Notes under the pieces: model-generated | What the model saw: the letters and a program-made list of their open reading frames with translations, nothing else | What the model was told of the DNA's origin: nothing | Databases searched by the model: none | Position numbers and translations under genes: made by a program | Shown: in pieces, positions 23,180-33,529 of the stretch | Position numbering within the stretch: position 1 is the first letter of the stretch | How the letters are laid out: every line of letters begins with the position of its first letter | Assembly (NCBI GenBank): GCA_040387495.1 | Contig: JAZKDQ010000009.1 | Span: 1-64,000 of the forward strand | Direction: 5' to 3' | DNA from: Pseudomonadota bacterium | GTDB taxonomy: Bacteria; Pseudomonadota; Alphaproteobacteria; Paracaedibacterales; CAIOTO01 | DNA: 64,000 nt

Positions 23180-24191
23180 ATGAAATTGAATTTTTTGAAA
23201 TATAGCGCATATGCGCTGCTTGCGATTTTAAGCATTATAGATAGCCCATGGGCGATGGATCCAGAAGATAGCACGAATGGATATAAATTAAAACGAACCA
23301 CACATGTAATGCTAAAAAGAAAAGAAGGAAATAACACCTCCTCACAAAGTCAAAATAGCCAAGAAGACTATGTAAGAACCAACTCAACACAAACAAAATA
23401 TAAGGCTATTCTTGCAGACAGTGAATCTACCCCAATCCAACAGCAAAACAATAACAAAAGAACAAAACACGTTTTGTTTGGCAGTGAAATTTATCAAAAG
23501 TACATGCCAAATAACAACTGGTCTAATGTAGATGCCTTGGAACGTGAGAGGAAGATGCTTATACGTAGCAAGGAAAGCTTTGAGCCCGAAAATGAAGCCA
23601 ATCTTGAAAAAAACAAAAAAATAGACGCAGAAATCATAAAACTAGACAAGGAAATTGCAACAGAAAGAAATAGAATAACATGTAAAATAGCAGAAATAAA
23701 TACTATTCCAAAAGTAAAAAACTCAGAATGGAATACCCTTTCTGAACTAAACAGTAGTCTTGCACTTCAAACTTTTCAAAATGACCTCAAAGAAATAAAG
23801 AAAAATCTAAATGTTGCAAAGGGTAAAATACAAGAAGAAATTCTCCCAAAGTGGGCTTCTAAAAACGGCGCTAAGTATTCTCCTTCCCAAAAAAATTCAA
23901 TAAGAAGAATTGGAAAGATTATAAACCAAATCAATGAAAATTATTACTTACAAAGCACAAGAAAAGAAATATTTCAAAGAAACCAATATCGACAGATTAA
24001 AATTACAATCAGTTTTATGCAATATATCTGAAAGAATTATACATGATATTAACGAACAAACAAAATTGCTTTCTGCTGAAACATCAACAATTAAAAGCAT
24101 TATGTTCGAAGATAATCAAGAACTAAACGATTATCTCAAGGATAATGAAACTGCACTCATTGATGCAGTAGATCAATTCTTAAATAGCTAA
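23180..24191 (+). pseudogene. Secreted coiled-coil orphan, probably frameshifted (ORFs 23180-24031 and 23934-24191)
   Basis: Signal peptide PWAMD, AAGGA RBS; overlapping +1-frame ORF of similar composition. Confidence 0.5.
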
Positions 24192-24253
24192 CGCCCTCTA
24201 TTTAAAATAAAATATACTCTCATCTTTCATAGAAAAGAATGAGAGACATACGC

Positions 24254-24323
24254 AACAAAACCGCTTTGCTACTTGGGCCATTTGGAATCGTAAATTTCAT
24301 TAATGTAGCACTTGGTTTATTTG
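24254..24323 (-). repeat. 70-bp remnant of tssM 3' region (copy 3)
   Basis: Encodes NKPSATLMKFTIPNGPSSKAVL; matches tssM 28061-28130. Confidence 0.85.
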
Positions 24324-24416
24324 TTGCGCAGAAAAAAATATTATTCCCTTTGCACTTGAAAATATTAAATAAATACCCATATATTGAATTATAAGAACAC
24401 ATCAAGTATATTCATT

Positions 24417-25724
24417 ATGAAAAAAACAATTATTACAGCATTTTCACTCTTCGTTAAATTGCTATGCGCAACCAATGCCTGTGCTGCAACAATTGATCAA
24501 ATATTTAGTTGTGATGCTACGATCAATAATTTAAGCAGTTTTTTATTCTCAGACAGCGGTATTAATACGGAAGAGGATAGGAAAATTTACACCCAATTAG
24601 ATACTGCAGTCACTAACCATGGAAAAAGAAAAAGCTATCGTGAAAAATTTGGCAAAACAATTAAATCATTAAAGCCGTCCCTTATGAGTCCGAAAGATTC
24701 GACATATGTCAATCGTGAAGATATAGCGAAATTGAAGGACCGCCATCCTAATGTAGCACATTTACATTTTTCAGATTACGAAGGAATGCTAGAAAATACT
24801 CTAGATGAATGGATTCAGAATTTCCCTGCCATAACATCTATACATTTAGGTACAGGTACAATCACAGATGAAGGAATTTTTGCCATTGCAGAGAGTTGGA
24901 AACTGCAGAAAATCAATCTATCCCTTAATTTCCTGAGTAATGGACTGACAGAGAATGCGATTATTTCTTTTATAGAGAATTGCCCAACATTGCGAGAGAT
25001 AAGTATAGATGGTGCCTACGTTATCACATATAGAATGTTCATTGCCCTTTCAAAAAACCCCGAGTTACAAATTTTGGATGTATCATGTTGCGTCGGACTT
25101 ACAAATGAAGGGCTTATGGCCATTGCAGAGAATTGCAAGAGACTGCAGGAATTTCATCTATTCTGGTGTGAAACATTCACAGAGGATGCGGTTATTTCTG
25201 TTATAAAGAGTTGCCCAGAATTGCGAAGGATAAGTTTATCTAGTCACTCTATTGCCACTGATAAAACGTTTATTGCCATTTCAGAAAACCCCAAGTTACA
25301 AATTCTGAAGGCAACAAAGTGCGACCAAATTACAAATGAAGGGCTTATGGCCATTAAAAAAAATTGTAAGGAACTAAAGGAAGTCAAACTATCCGAATAC
25401 AATAATAGATTTACTGGGGATGCCATTATTTCAAAAAACACCCTTATTTCTTTTATAGAGGCTTGCCCAAAATTGGAACTTATAGATCTATATTGTATGG
25501 AATCCTGTACAGATGACACGCTTAATGCCCTTATACTGCATTGCCCTTGGTTGAAAAATGTGTCTATCAATGGTTGCCCACAGGTCACATATAAAGGGGT
25601 TATTGCCCTCGCAGAAAATTGTTCTAAGTTGAAAAGTCTTCGCGTATCTGTCGACGACTGGCCTTTTGGAGGATTTGATGATTTAAAAAAAATCTGCAGA
25701 GAAAAAGGTATAGAACTTCTCTAA
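24417..25724 (+). CDS. Secreted Cys-containing LRR protein (FBXL/AMN1-like)
   Basis: Signal peptide; about 26-aa repeats CPxLxxlxl...ITxxGlxAIAEN; start ATG 24417. Confidence 0.85.
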   Translation: MKKTIITAFSLFVKLLCATNACAATIDQIFSCDATINNLSSFLFSDSGINTEEDRKIYTQLDTAVTNHGKRKSYREKFGKTIKSLKPSLMSPKDSTYVNREDIAKLKDRHPNVAHLHFSDYEGMLENTLDEWIQNFPAITSIHLGTGTITDEGIFAIAESWKLQKINLSLNFLSNGLTENAIISFIENCPTLREISIDGAYVITYRMFIALSKNPELQILDVSCCVGLTNEGLMAIAENCKRLQEFHLFWCETFTEDAVISVIKSCPELRRISLSSHSIATDKTFIAISENPKLQILKATKCDQITNEGLMAIKKNCKELKEVKLSEYNNRFTGDAIISKNTLISFIEACPKLELIDLYCMESCTDDTLNALILHCPWLKNVSINGCPQVTYKGVIALAENCSKLKSLRVSVDDWPFGGFDDLKKICREKGIELL

Positions 25725-25761
25725 TTACAAATCCTAACCCTTCTGGGACCTGGCGTGCGAT

Positions 25762-26129
25762 TTACCGTGCTCCAGGCACTTGCTTTACTGGATTAGCTGG
25801 TTGTTGTGTTTGTTGTGGTTGCGCTGCGCCACCTTGTTTCTGTGCAGTAGCAGGTGCAGAAATCGGTGCAGCTGTTGTGCTTCCTGATGATCCTAGCATC
25901 GACGCCCCCTGAACAATTCCCTCGGTCAACACCGCTCGTTCCGCATATAAATCCCCTGCTGGTGGCAATTCTGGCGCCGCCGCAGGAAAATCAGGCAATC
26001 GCATCACCTGCCCTTTTGTATGCGCCGTTAACGCCGGCACTGTTAGTGAAACCGAATTAAACAAAACCGCTTTGCTACTTGGGCCATTTGGAATACTAAA
26101 TTTCATCAATGTTGGGCTTGTTGTATTTG
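25762..26129 (-). pseudogene. Orphan tssM C-terminal copy with an alternative tail (copy 2)
   Basis: 25900-26129 aligns to tssM 27901-28130, frame still open, followed by a different Q/P/A-rich tail. Confidence 0.85.
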
Positions 26130-26223
26130 TTGCGAAGAAAAAAAATATTATTCACTTTGCACTTGAAAATAATAAATACATACCCATATATTGAATTATA
26201 AGAACACATCAAGGATATTCATT

Positions 26224-27431
26224 ATGAGAAAAACAACAATTATTTATTCCCTATTTGTCATAGGCAAGCTATGCACAGTTAATGCATTATGTTCTTCAAC
26301 AAATTTTGATATCACACATCCAGCCATACTTAGCGCTACAGCAGAATTTCTATATTCAAGCGGCATTAACACGATAGATGATGCAAAAAATTATGGTCAT
26401 TTAAATACCGCCGTTACAAATAGTGGGAATCGACCAGCACTAAAAGAATCATACAAACATGCAATCACGTCACTAAATGTAAGTCTTATTGCCAAAAATA
26501 CTGCGTGGATTGAGGATGGGCATTTAGATAAATTGGCAACATTGTATCTCAACCTAAAAGATTTAAATTTCTCACGCTGCGAAGAAATGACAGATGATAC
26601 TTTACAAAAATGGATTAGCTGTTTCCCTAAAGTAACTTCTGTAAATCTAGAATTTTGCAAGAAAATCACAGATAGAGGGGTTAATTTCATTGCACAGCAC
26701 TACCCAGAACTAGAAGAGGTGTCTATATCCGACGGCTCTTCGGCGGGAAGATTACGGATGCAGCAGTTATTGCCCTTGCAAATTGCACAAGACTGAAAGT
26801 GGTAGATCTATACGAGCAACCGAATATTACAGATATTTCGCCTATGCAGTCTCTTGTATATCTTCAATCATTAGAACTGAACAACTGCCCTAACATTGAT
26901 GATTGGTCTGTACTTTCTTCTTTTATAAATCTGGAGTCACTCAATGTTAGAGAGTGTGGCGATTTGACAAATTTTGACCTCAGCAATCATGAAAAACTAA
27001 GAAGCTTAACCTTAAGTCTAGGCAATAATCTCAGAGATGGTCGTCGTATTTTCAATGCTGATGATAATGAGTATAATATAGAAATAATTAATGAAATTAA
27101 GAAAGCAGTATATTTGGAGAGCTTAGCTATCGAAGGAGATTACGTAGAGATTAAAGATCTTTCATTTATTCAAGCATTACCGGAATTAAGATATTTAGAG
27201 CTTGAGGGGGTTACTATTAGTCCCAATGTCTACAAGGGCATAAGAGGTCACCCAAAATTAGAGGAAGTTAAATTTGCTTGTATGTCGTACAGAAACCCAA
27301 GTTCAGATATCGACTCAGATTCAGATGATGATATGGAAGAGGATTCATTGAAGGGGTGGAAAGTAATAACAAAAATGTCAGATATGATTCATGTAGATGA
27401 GGGTTATTATAATTATTTAGTCCGCAAATAA
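26224..27431 (+). pseudogene. Secreted LRR protein, frameshifted near 26725-26750
   Basis: N-terminus resembles LRR gene 24417 (SGINT...LxTAVTNxG); -1 frame continues KITDAAVIALANCTRLKVVDLY into ORF 26799-27431. Confidence 0.75.
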
Positions 27432-27513
27432 ACCATGTAGTCTTACATATGAAGCGACGATACACACCATTCAAGTTTAAATTTTTTGTGAAGTTGATCT
27501 TTTTTACCCACAC

Positions 27514-27656
27514 TAGTTTTCCTCTATCCCCCCCCCTTTTTTTCCTCTGGCTCGACCAGAGGATCCATTTTTAAACAGTGCGGGTGCCTAAGCGAGGGAA
27601 ACTAAAAGAAGGAGGCGGCACCACCGCATGCCGCGCCGGTAGCCCGAGGAAAACTA
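27514..27656. repeat. MITE-like element with TAGTTTTCCTC inverted ends and internal REP-like hairpin
   Basis: TAGTTTTCCTC (27514) vs GAGGGAAACTA (27594) and GAGGAAAACTA (27646); hairpin TCCTCTGGCTCGACCAGAGGA. Confidence 0.45.
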
Positions 27657-27738
27657 AAGAGTAAGCAGTACAACTATGCCTTTTAATCTCAGACGACTGA
27701 TAATCAATTTAAACTTGATCACCTATAGCACATGACTA

Positions 27739-30700
27739 CTATCGTTGCTGCGGGTTTTGAGATGGTTTTTGCGCAGCACCTTGTGTTGCACTTTGCATCA
27801 CTGGATTAACCATCGATTGTTTCCCTTTTTGGTTTTGCGTGCCACTCGCTGGTGTAGGCGTATTTATATTACCTGCGTTTCCTGTTGTACTGTTTACATT
27901 CGACGCCCCTTGAACAACGCCCTCGGTCAATACAGCCCTCTCCGCATACAATTCCCCTTCCGCCGGCAATTCTGGCGCCATCGCTGGAAAATCAGGCAAT
28001 CGCATCACTTGCCCTTTTGTATGCGCCGACAACGACGGCACTGTTAGTGAAACCGAATTAAACAAAACCGCTTTGCTACTTGGCCCGTTTGGAATACTAA
28101 ATTTCATCAATGTTGGGCTTGGTTTATTTGGCGCATTTCCATATTCGTTTACCGCATCTTGCATACGCATCGCCCACAGCAATCCCCAATTCCCTTTAAA
28201 GGTATATGTCGCCGTACGTCCTTCAATGCTTAAGTTAGGCTGGGCAGGGTCACGCTCTGGTTTCGCCGGTATCTTTGCTCCATCTGGCCACCTAAAACTA
28301 AACTTAACCTCGTTACCAAACACCCAACGACCCGTCTTAAGCTTATCGTTTTTATTAATCTGCGTGATATCGTTCGGTTTAAAGACCCAATCAACCACCA
28401 TGTCAGCGCCTGATTCTTTACTGCGATTCGCTCTGAAATCCACCGCAAAGTCAAACGCAGGTACAGGCATTCCACTGCTCGGGTCAAGATAGGGTCCAAA
28501 GAATTGCTTTAGCGTATCAAGTGTTTTGAAAAACTGAGTCCCATTTTTCATGACACTACCCAATTGATGCAACTGATTAAGAATCGTTTCAGTATTGCCG
28601 CCAGCTTCGTTATACAAACGATAAAATTCACGAATGCTCTCAGGATCAGCCTCTTCTGTGACCAAGCTTAGGTTCGATGTTACAAATGGAAATTTACCTT
28701 TTAGATTTTGATTGAAATAAAGTGCTAACTTGGCATACGCAGTAATTGCCTTTTGACGTAATAAAATTTCAGCACGTGATCGTGCACCCTTTTTAAGGGC
28801 CAGCAAGGTTTCAGCAAAAAAATCACCTGAATCACCTCTTAATTCCTTAATTGATATGTGGTTCAAGATCTCTTTAGCATCCATTAGCGCAAGATCTTTA
28901 GTCACAAAATCCTGTAGATTTTGCACCGAATTGCCTGGGATACGATTTGAATAACGCTCCATCTGCTCAACAATACGTGTCCATTTACGCAAGACAGGTT
29001 GCTTTTCGGTGCCATCCGTGAAAACAGGTGATTTTAAAAACATAACGATTGGTTTGGCAAACTCAAGCGCAATTCGTTGAATCAATTGATTTTGCAATGT
29101 CATATAAGATTCCAAATCAGCTGAGTCACGCACGGCAAAACCAGCAAAAGCTGCCCCAGGCTTACCATCCCACCATGAAAATGAGAAATCTTTAACCGCA
29201 TATGGGTTGACCACAGTCAGCATCTTCTTAACGTTATCAAGCAACCAAAAGGAATTATCAACAAGCAATGTCCGCAAATCAGCAAAGGCGATCCCCACAG
29301 CGTCCTTATTTAAGATAGAGAGCAGCTTTGTAAATTTGGGCGCAGATGCATTGAAATCACTGATCTTTGCACGCAATACTTCTTCAGCCGCATTCACACT
29401 ATAGCTTTCAGGCAAATCCACAAAATTCTGAGCCTGACTTAACAAGCTTACAATATTTTGCTGCAAACTTTGACGCGCAAGCAATTTTAGATTTTCCTGC
29501 AATACAATCGGAAAGGTTGATATTTTTCTGCCTGAGAATTCCTCAAATGCTTTACTCATGTCATAAGCAATATCAATCATCTTTGGATCCCAATAGATAA
29601 TCTTTCCTTTAGGTGTCGTTGTCGTAAAGCTGAAATGTGTTGGCGCGGCCATATAGCTTTCCGATAAAAGCGCTGATAAGCAACGTTCGATTTCTAAAAT
29701 ACCCTTCGACGGATAGTTGTTCTCGTCTGCCGTTGCAGCGACCAAAGGTGCAACTGGCCCTGTTGTTTTAGGGCTTAACACAATCGCATTCAATGCTAAT
29801 AGTTGTAACTTTAAATAAGCAAAACCAAGTGCCGCCTTATCAACCAGATATTGCGCAACTTCCTTACCAAACAAACGTGAGGTATCAATTTGGTCAAACA
29901 AAATCTCAAGCTCTTTACCAGGTCTGAAATATTGCTGATCAAGCCATGACTTACCAGCATCCCCGATAAGCGGCCGAGTCTTTGCAAGCTGCAGGCTTAC
30001 TTCACGCAGGTACTTAAGGTCAGGCAACTGATGCGTCGTTTGTTGGCTTAAGCTTGCTAAAAACGTATTCAAACGTGACGGCAAACTGTTCGGCAGCTGA
30101 TTCGAAAAGATTGCATTCGTAAAGTTCTGGAATAACACATCAAGCGTTTCACGGGCGACTTGTTGAAACGTTTCAAGATGCAATGGATTCAATTTCGTCT
30201 CACGCAGCACGTTCCTAAATACTTTGTACTGCTGCCAAAAATCATCAGGCAACTCACACTTAAATGTATAGGCAATCAACGCTCTTAAGTGCTCTGGATC
30301 ACCTGTAATTCTTAGGGAATTAAACATCGCCACATGGTTCGAAAGATCAGTAAGACCATTCACATACCGTTGCAAAATCAAAAACTCAGGACTGCGAAGG
30401 GGCAACAACAACTGCGTAATATTTTGCGAAAAATTATCTGGTGTTGGCCGCAGATAAAGCAATTCTTGTGCGCGAACAGCAAGACCATTGGCAACTGATC
30501 GTATAATGATTTCTTGAAAGGCAATCTTAAGTGACTTATGCAAATCGCGATTCAGATGGCTAAACCAAGACGCCGGTACAAAAATAGAAAACAGATCTGT
30601 CTTTTGCAACTGCATCATCATGTCAACAATCTGATGGGTGTACAAATTAAACTGATCAGCCGATCGATAGGTGCGATGTTTGGAATTCTTCTTATCAATC

Positions 30701-32322
30701 TTAATTTCATGTAATACAAGATTCATGTTTGCAAGCACTGGTGTTATATTATTGCGGCTTTTAGCAAAGGTATCGTAGGCATTAAAAAGCCCGTAGCTTC
30801 CAATAACAACGAACATTCCAGTAATAATCTTTGCAGCTAGAATATTACGATTCAGCGACATCAAACGCTGACGCAGCGGCTTTGCTAGGCCAGGCTCATA
30901 CGCAATCTTTTTGGTAAACAAGTCATTTACATAAATCAGCTTAAGTTCACGGTTTTCATCCATAAGCGGCGGCGCATACACATCGTCCACCACAGGCGCA
31001 GCACCTTCAACTGTCTCTTTTGTCGATTCCAACCGAATCGTTTCAGGGTTAAATGGCAAAGGAATAACGGTAACATCATACGGATCTGTTATATCAGAAT
31101 CATATCCACGATCAAAAGCATCCGCTTTAAGGGGAATTGACGATAGGGCATCTATGCCTGCATCACCCGTGAAATACAATCCGCGAAACACAAAACCATC
31201 TTGATAAGATGACGGCTTAAACAATGAATTCACATAAAGTGACAGTGATTCTTTAAGTTTTGTAATTTCACTTGGAAAGACAAACACGCCATCATTGATT
31301 TCAAGATGAGCATTTAGCAGAGCGCCTGAATGTGCAAAAATATCAAGGCGATGCTGGTGCAGCTTATTTGAAATGGCAGCAAACGCTTCATCAATCCAAT
31401 TGTGCGAAAATGCCGTCGATAAACTATACGGATTAGACCAGCCAAACATATCTTGTCTATTCTTAAGCGGAATATGACGCGCGAAACTTTGAAAGCCCGG
31501 CACGCGATCTGTTTTCGTCACAACAACATAAACCGGTATACGAAGCCCAATCGATATTTGCGCCGCTGTTAATTTAGCTGCGATAAGTTCTGCACGTTGA
31601 TGAATTAGATCAAGTGATTCTTTGTTGCGACCATACAGTTCAGTCGCTGGAATCGTTAGAATAATCCCATTGATAGGACGCGCAGGCCGGTACCGCGTCA
31701 GCAATAGAATTAACGATCGCCATAGTTTTTCTTTTGATTTCAGCGCATCTTTTTGGATGAACAAATCACCCCGTGGCTCGATAAAGACGCCATTCGATAA
31801 GAACCACCACTTGCAATCTGGATTCGCTTTCCCTTTCGAAAAATCAGGTTTCCCCAACGGCAAATGCAACCCAGCATTTTCAAATAAGCTGGATTTTCCA
31901 GACCCTTCTGTACCCAACACAAGAAACCATGGCAGCTGATATTTATAGTTATAGGTGCGGACGGTTTCTTTCAAGAAAGACAGCGCCCTCAGAAAGGACA
32001 GACTTAAATTGCCAACACGAAAATACCCTTTACGTGACATAAACTCGCTAAACCAGCCACCAATGGGGGGCATGCGCTCAGTTTCGTCATACGGTGCATT
32101 ATGATCTTTAGCAGTCGCCGTCTCCTGCTCACGATTAATTTCTGTTCTTTTGTTTGAAATGTACATGATGTACAACAAAATCAACACAATCACAAGAATG
32201 CATATAAACAATAACCACAAGGTCAATGGCACAGACTGAAGGGTCGCCCGAATGCTATTAAGAAGCTGCCTAAAGGAATCCATAAAGCTACCTGCCATTG
32301 ACTCGCCGCCCCTCATATGCAT
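27739..32322 (-). CDS. tssM: T6SS membrane complex protein TssM/IcmF (long form)
   Basis: N-terminal TM, LPWFLVLGTEGSGKS, CKWW, RPARPINGIIL, VTKTD, FRGLYFTG; follows tssL. Confidence 0.88.
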   Translation of the reverse strand: MHMRGGESMAGSFMDSFRQLLNSIRATLQSVPLTLWLLFICILVIVLILLYIMYISNKRTEINREQETATAKDHNAPYDETERMPPIGGWFSEFMSRKGYFRVGNLSLSFLRALSFLKETVRTYNYKYQLPWFLVLGTEGSGKSSLFENAGLHLPLGKPDFSKGKANPDCKWWFLSNGVFIEPRGDLFIQKDALKSKEKLWRSLILLLTRYRPARPINGIILTIPATELYGRNKESLDLIHQRAELIAAKLTAAQISIGLRIPVYVVVTKTDRVPGFQSFARHIPLKNRQDMFGWSNPYSLSTAFSHNWIDEAFAAISNKLHQHRLDIFAHSGALLNAHLEINDGVFVFPSEITKLKESLSLYVNSLFKPSSYQDGFVFRGLYFTGDAGIDALSSIPLKADAFDRGYDSDITDPYDVTVIPLPFNPETIRLESTKETVEGAAPVVDDVYAPPLMDENRELKLIYVNDLFTKKIAYEPGLAKPLRQRLMSLNRNILAAKIITGMFVVIGSYGLFNAYDTFAKSRNNITPVLANMNLVLHEIKIDKKNSKHRTYRSADQFNLYTHQIVDMMMQLQKTDLFSIFVPASWFSHLNRDLHKSLKIAFQEIIIRSVANGLAVRAQELLYLRPTPDNFSQNITQLLLPLRSPEFLILQRYVNGLTDLSNHVAMFNSLRITGDPEHLRALIAYTFKCELPDDFWQQYKVFRNVLRETKLNPLHLETFQQVARETLDVLFQNFTNAIFSNQLPNSLPSRLNTFLASLSQQTTHQLPDLKYLREVSLQLAKTRPLIGDAGKSWLDQQYFRPGKELEILFDQIDTSRLFGKEVAQYLVDKAALGFAYLKLQLLALNAIVLSPKTTGPVAPLVAATADENNYPSKGILEIERCLSALLSESYMAAPTHFSFTTTTPKGKIIYWDPKMIDIAYDMSKAFEEFSGRKISTFPIVLQENLKLLARQSLQQNIVSLLSQAQNFVDLPESYSVNAAEEVLRAKISDFNASAPKFTKLLSILNKDAVGIAFADLRTLLVDNSFWLLDNVKKMLTVVNPYAVKDFSFSWWDGKPGAAFAGFAVRDSADLESYMTLQNQLIQRIALEFAKPIVMFLKSPVFTDGTEKQPVLRKWTRIVEQMERYSNRIPGNSVQNLQDFVTKDLALMDAKEILNHISIKELRGDSGDFFAETLLALKKGARSRAEILLRQKAITAYAKLALYFNQNLKGKFPFVTSNLSLVTEEADPESIREFYRLYNEAGGNTETILNQLHQLGSVMKNGTQFFKTLDTLKQFFGPYLDPSSGMPVPAFDFAVDFRANRSKESGADMVVDWVFKPNDITQINKNDKLKTGRWVFGNEVKFSFRWPDGAKIPAKPERDPAQPNLSIEGRTATYTFKGNWGLLWAMRMQDAVNEYGNAPNKPSPTLMKFSIPNGPSSKAVLFNSVSLTVPSLSAHTKGQVMRLPDFPAMAPELPAEGELYAERAVLTEGVVQGASNVNSTTGNAGNINTPTPASGTQNQKGKQSMVNPVMQSATQGAAQKPSQNPQQR

Positions 32323-33118
32323 GTCGCTTCATCGTCTGCGAGAAAATTGTATTCAAATCCCGATGCATTTCAAAGGCAATACGATACCAAACGACATACG
32401 ATATAAAGATATAAATCAAAAAAACACAAAGCCCATAAATGCCCCATGTTCTAAGATCTGGTAAACCGCGTCCAGGTGGTTCATTGAACGTATGATCGTA
32501 CGCTTCTTCAAAAAGCGCTTTTGTTGTATTTGTATTAAAAAGATGCGTGGGGTCTTGGCAGCACATTTGATACAACTGCTCTTGATACCAACGCACACGA
32601 TCTGACATGTCGTGATCGCGATATCGCCCGCGAAAACCAAGACTAAGTGCCATTAGATAAAGCTGACCTATTTCATAACGGCTCGCATCATGCGTATCAA
32701 ACAAAGCATCAATCTTTTTGAAAAACAACTCGCCAGCAATTTGTGTTTGAAATATTTGACCTTCTAGCAATGACTTCCGCCATTCTTTTGCTCCAGCCCA
32801 CGCTAAATTCAAGAACACCTCGTCCGCAAGCACAACCATAATATATTGCGCATCCTGAAAAAGCCCCGCACTGATGCCACCTGTTTTAGTTGCGTAGACG
32901 CCGCTTTGTACTTCTAAAAACGATTTAATGCGCGCTTGTATTTCATCAATGCGGTTAAAGGTTGCTTGCTCATGCAGTTCTGACTCAGCATGACGCGCAT
33001 CCCCTTCCCCATATCGTAGTGCACGCTCTTTCAAACGAAGAATTTCGTAATAAAATGCTTGAAAGCACTGCAACAATGGGCTGTTATTAAGACGAGATGT
33101 ACGCGTGTTTGTCATCAA
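32288..33118 (-). CDS. tssL: T6SS TssL/DotU
   Basis: LADEVFL, W...LLE, AGELFF, LSLGFRGRY, C-terminal TM. Confidence 0.9.
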   Translation of the reverse strand: MMTNTRTSRLNNSPLLQCFQAFYYEILRLKERALRYGEGDARHAESELHEQATFNRIDEIQARIKSFLEVQSGVYATKTGGISAGLFQDAQYIMVVLADEVFLNLAWAGAKEWRKSLLEGQIFQTQIAGELFFKKIDALFDTHDASRYEIGQLYLMALSLGFRGRYRDHDMSDRVRWYQEQLYQMCCQDPTHLFNTNTTKALFEEAYDHTFNEPPGRGLPDLRTWGIYGLCVFLIYIFISYVVWYRIAFEMHRDLNTIFSQTMKRHAYEGRRVNGR

Positions 33119-33191
33119 TGCTCGCCTCGTTCACTGTGTTTGCGTGTCTGTGGAATAATATAAAAATAATCAGAACACATACAAACCCCAT

Positions 33192-33252
33192 TAAAAATAG
33201 TTAAATTTTTATTAATTATGCGGGTTTTTAAGAATTAATTCAAGAAACAAGG
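33192..33252 (-). promoter_or_regulatory. Sigma70-type promoter of tssL-tssM with CtrA-type box (repeat copy A)
   Basis: Minus strand TTGAAT-17-CATAAT; TTAA-N7-TTAAC at 33200-33215; 38 bp identical to 34880-34917. Confidence 0.65.
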
Positions 33253-33401
33253 TGAAGTCTTCATATCATGCACAAAGGGTATAGGCGTTCCATATGCATT
33301 GAACTGTATATTCACGCAATCTCGACTTTCAAAGTCGAATTAACATGGTAAAAGTGATTATCCTCGCTCAAAAAAAGTCAAATTGAGGATATAATCTATT
33401 A

Positions 33402-33529
33402 TATAGAAGTTCAAGGGTAATTTGAGTATAAGGCGATCAAGGATCGAAGCACGGCATTTACAATTGTAAATGAGTACTGCAGATTTCCGTAGATCAACGC
33501 AATAATCAACTTATAATTGAATTGCTATA
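33402..33529. repeat. RPE-like palindromic miniature element (copy 1)
   Basis: Inverted ends TATAGAAGTTCAA/TTGAATTGCTATA, central CATTTACAATTGTAAATG; related copy at 39499. Confidence 0.65.
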
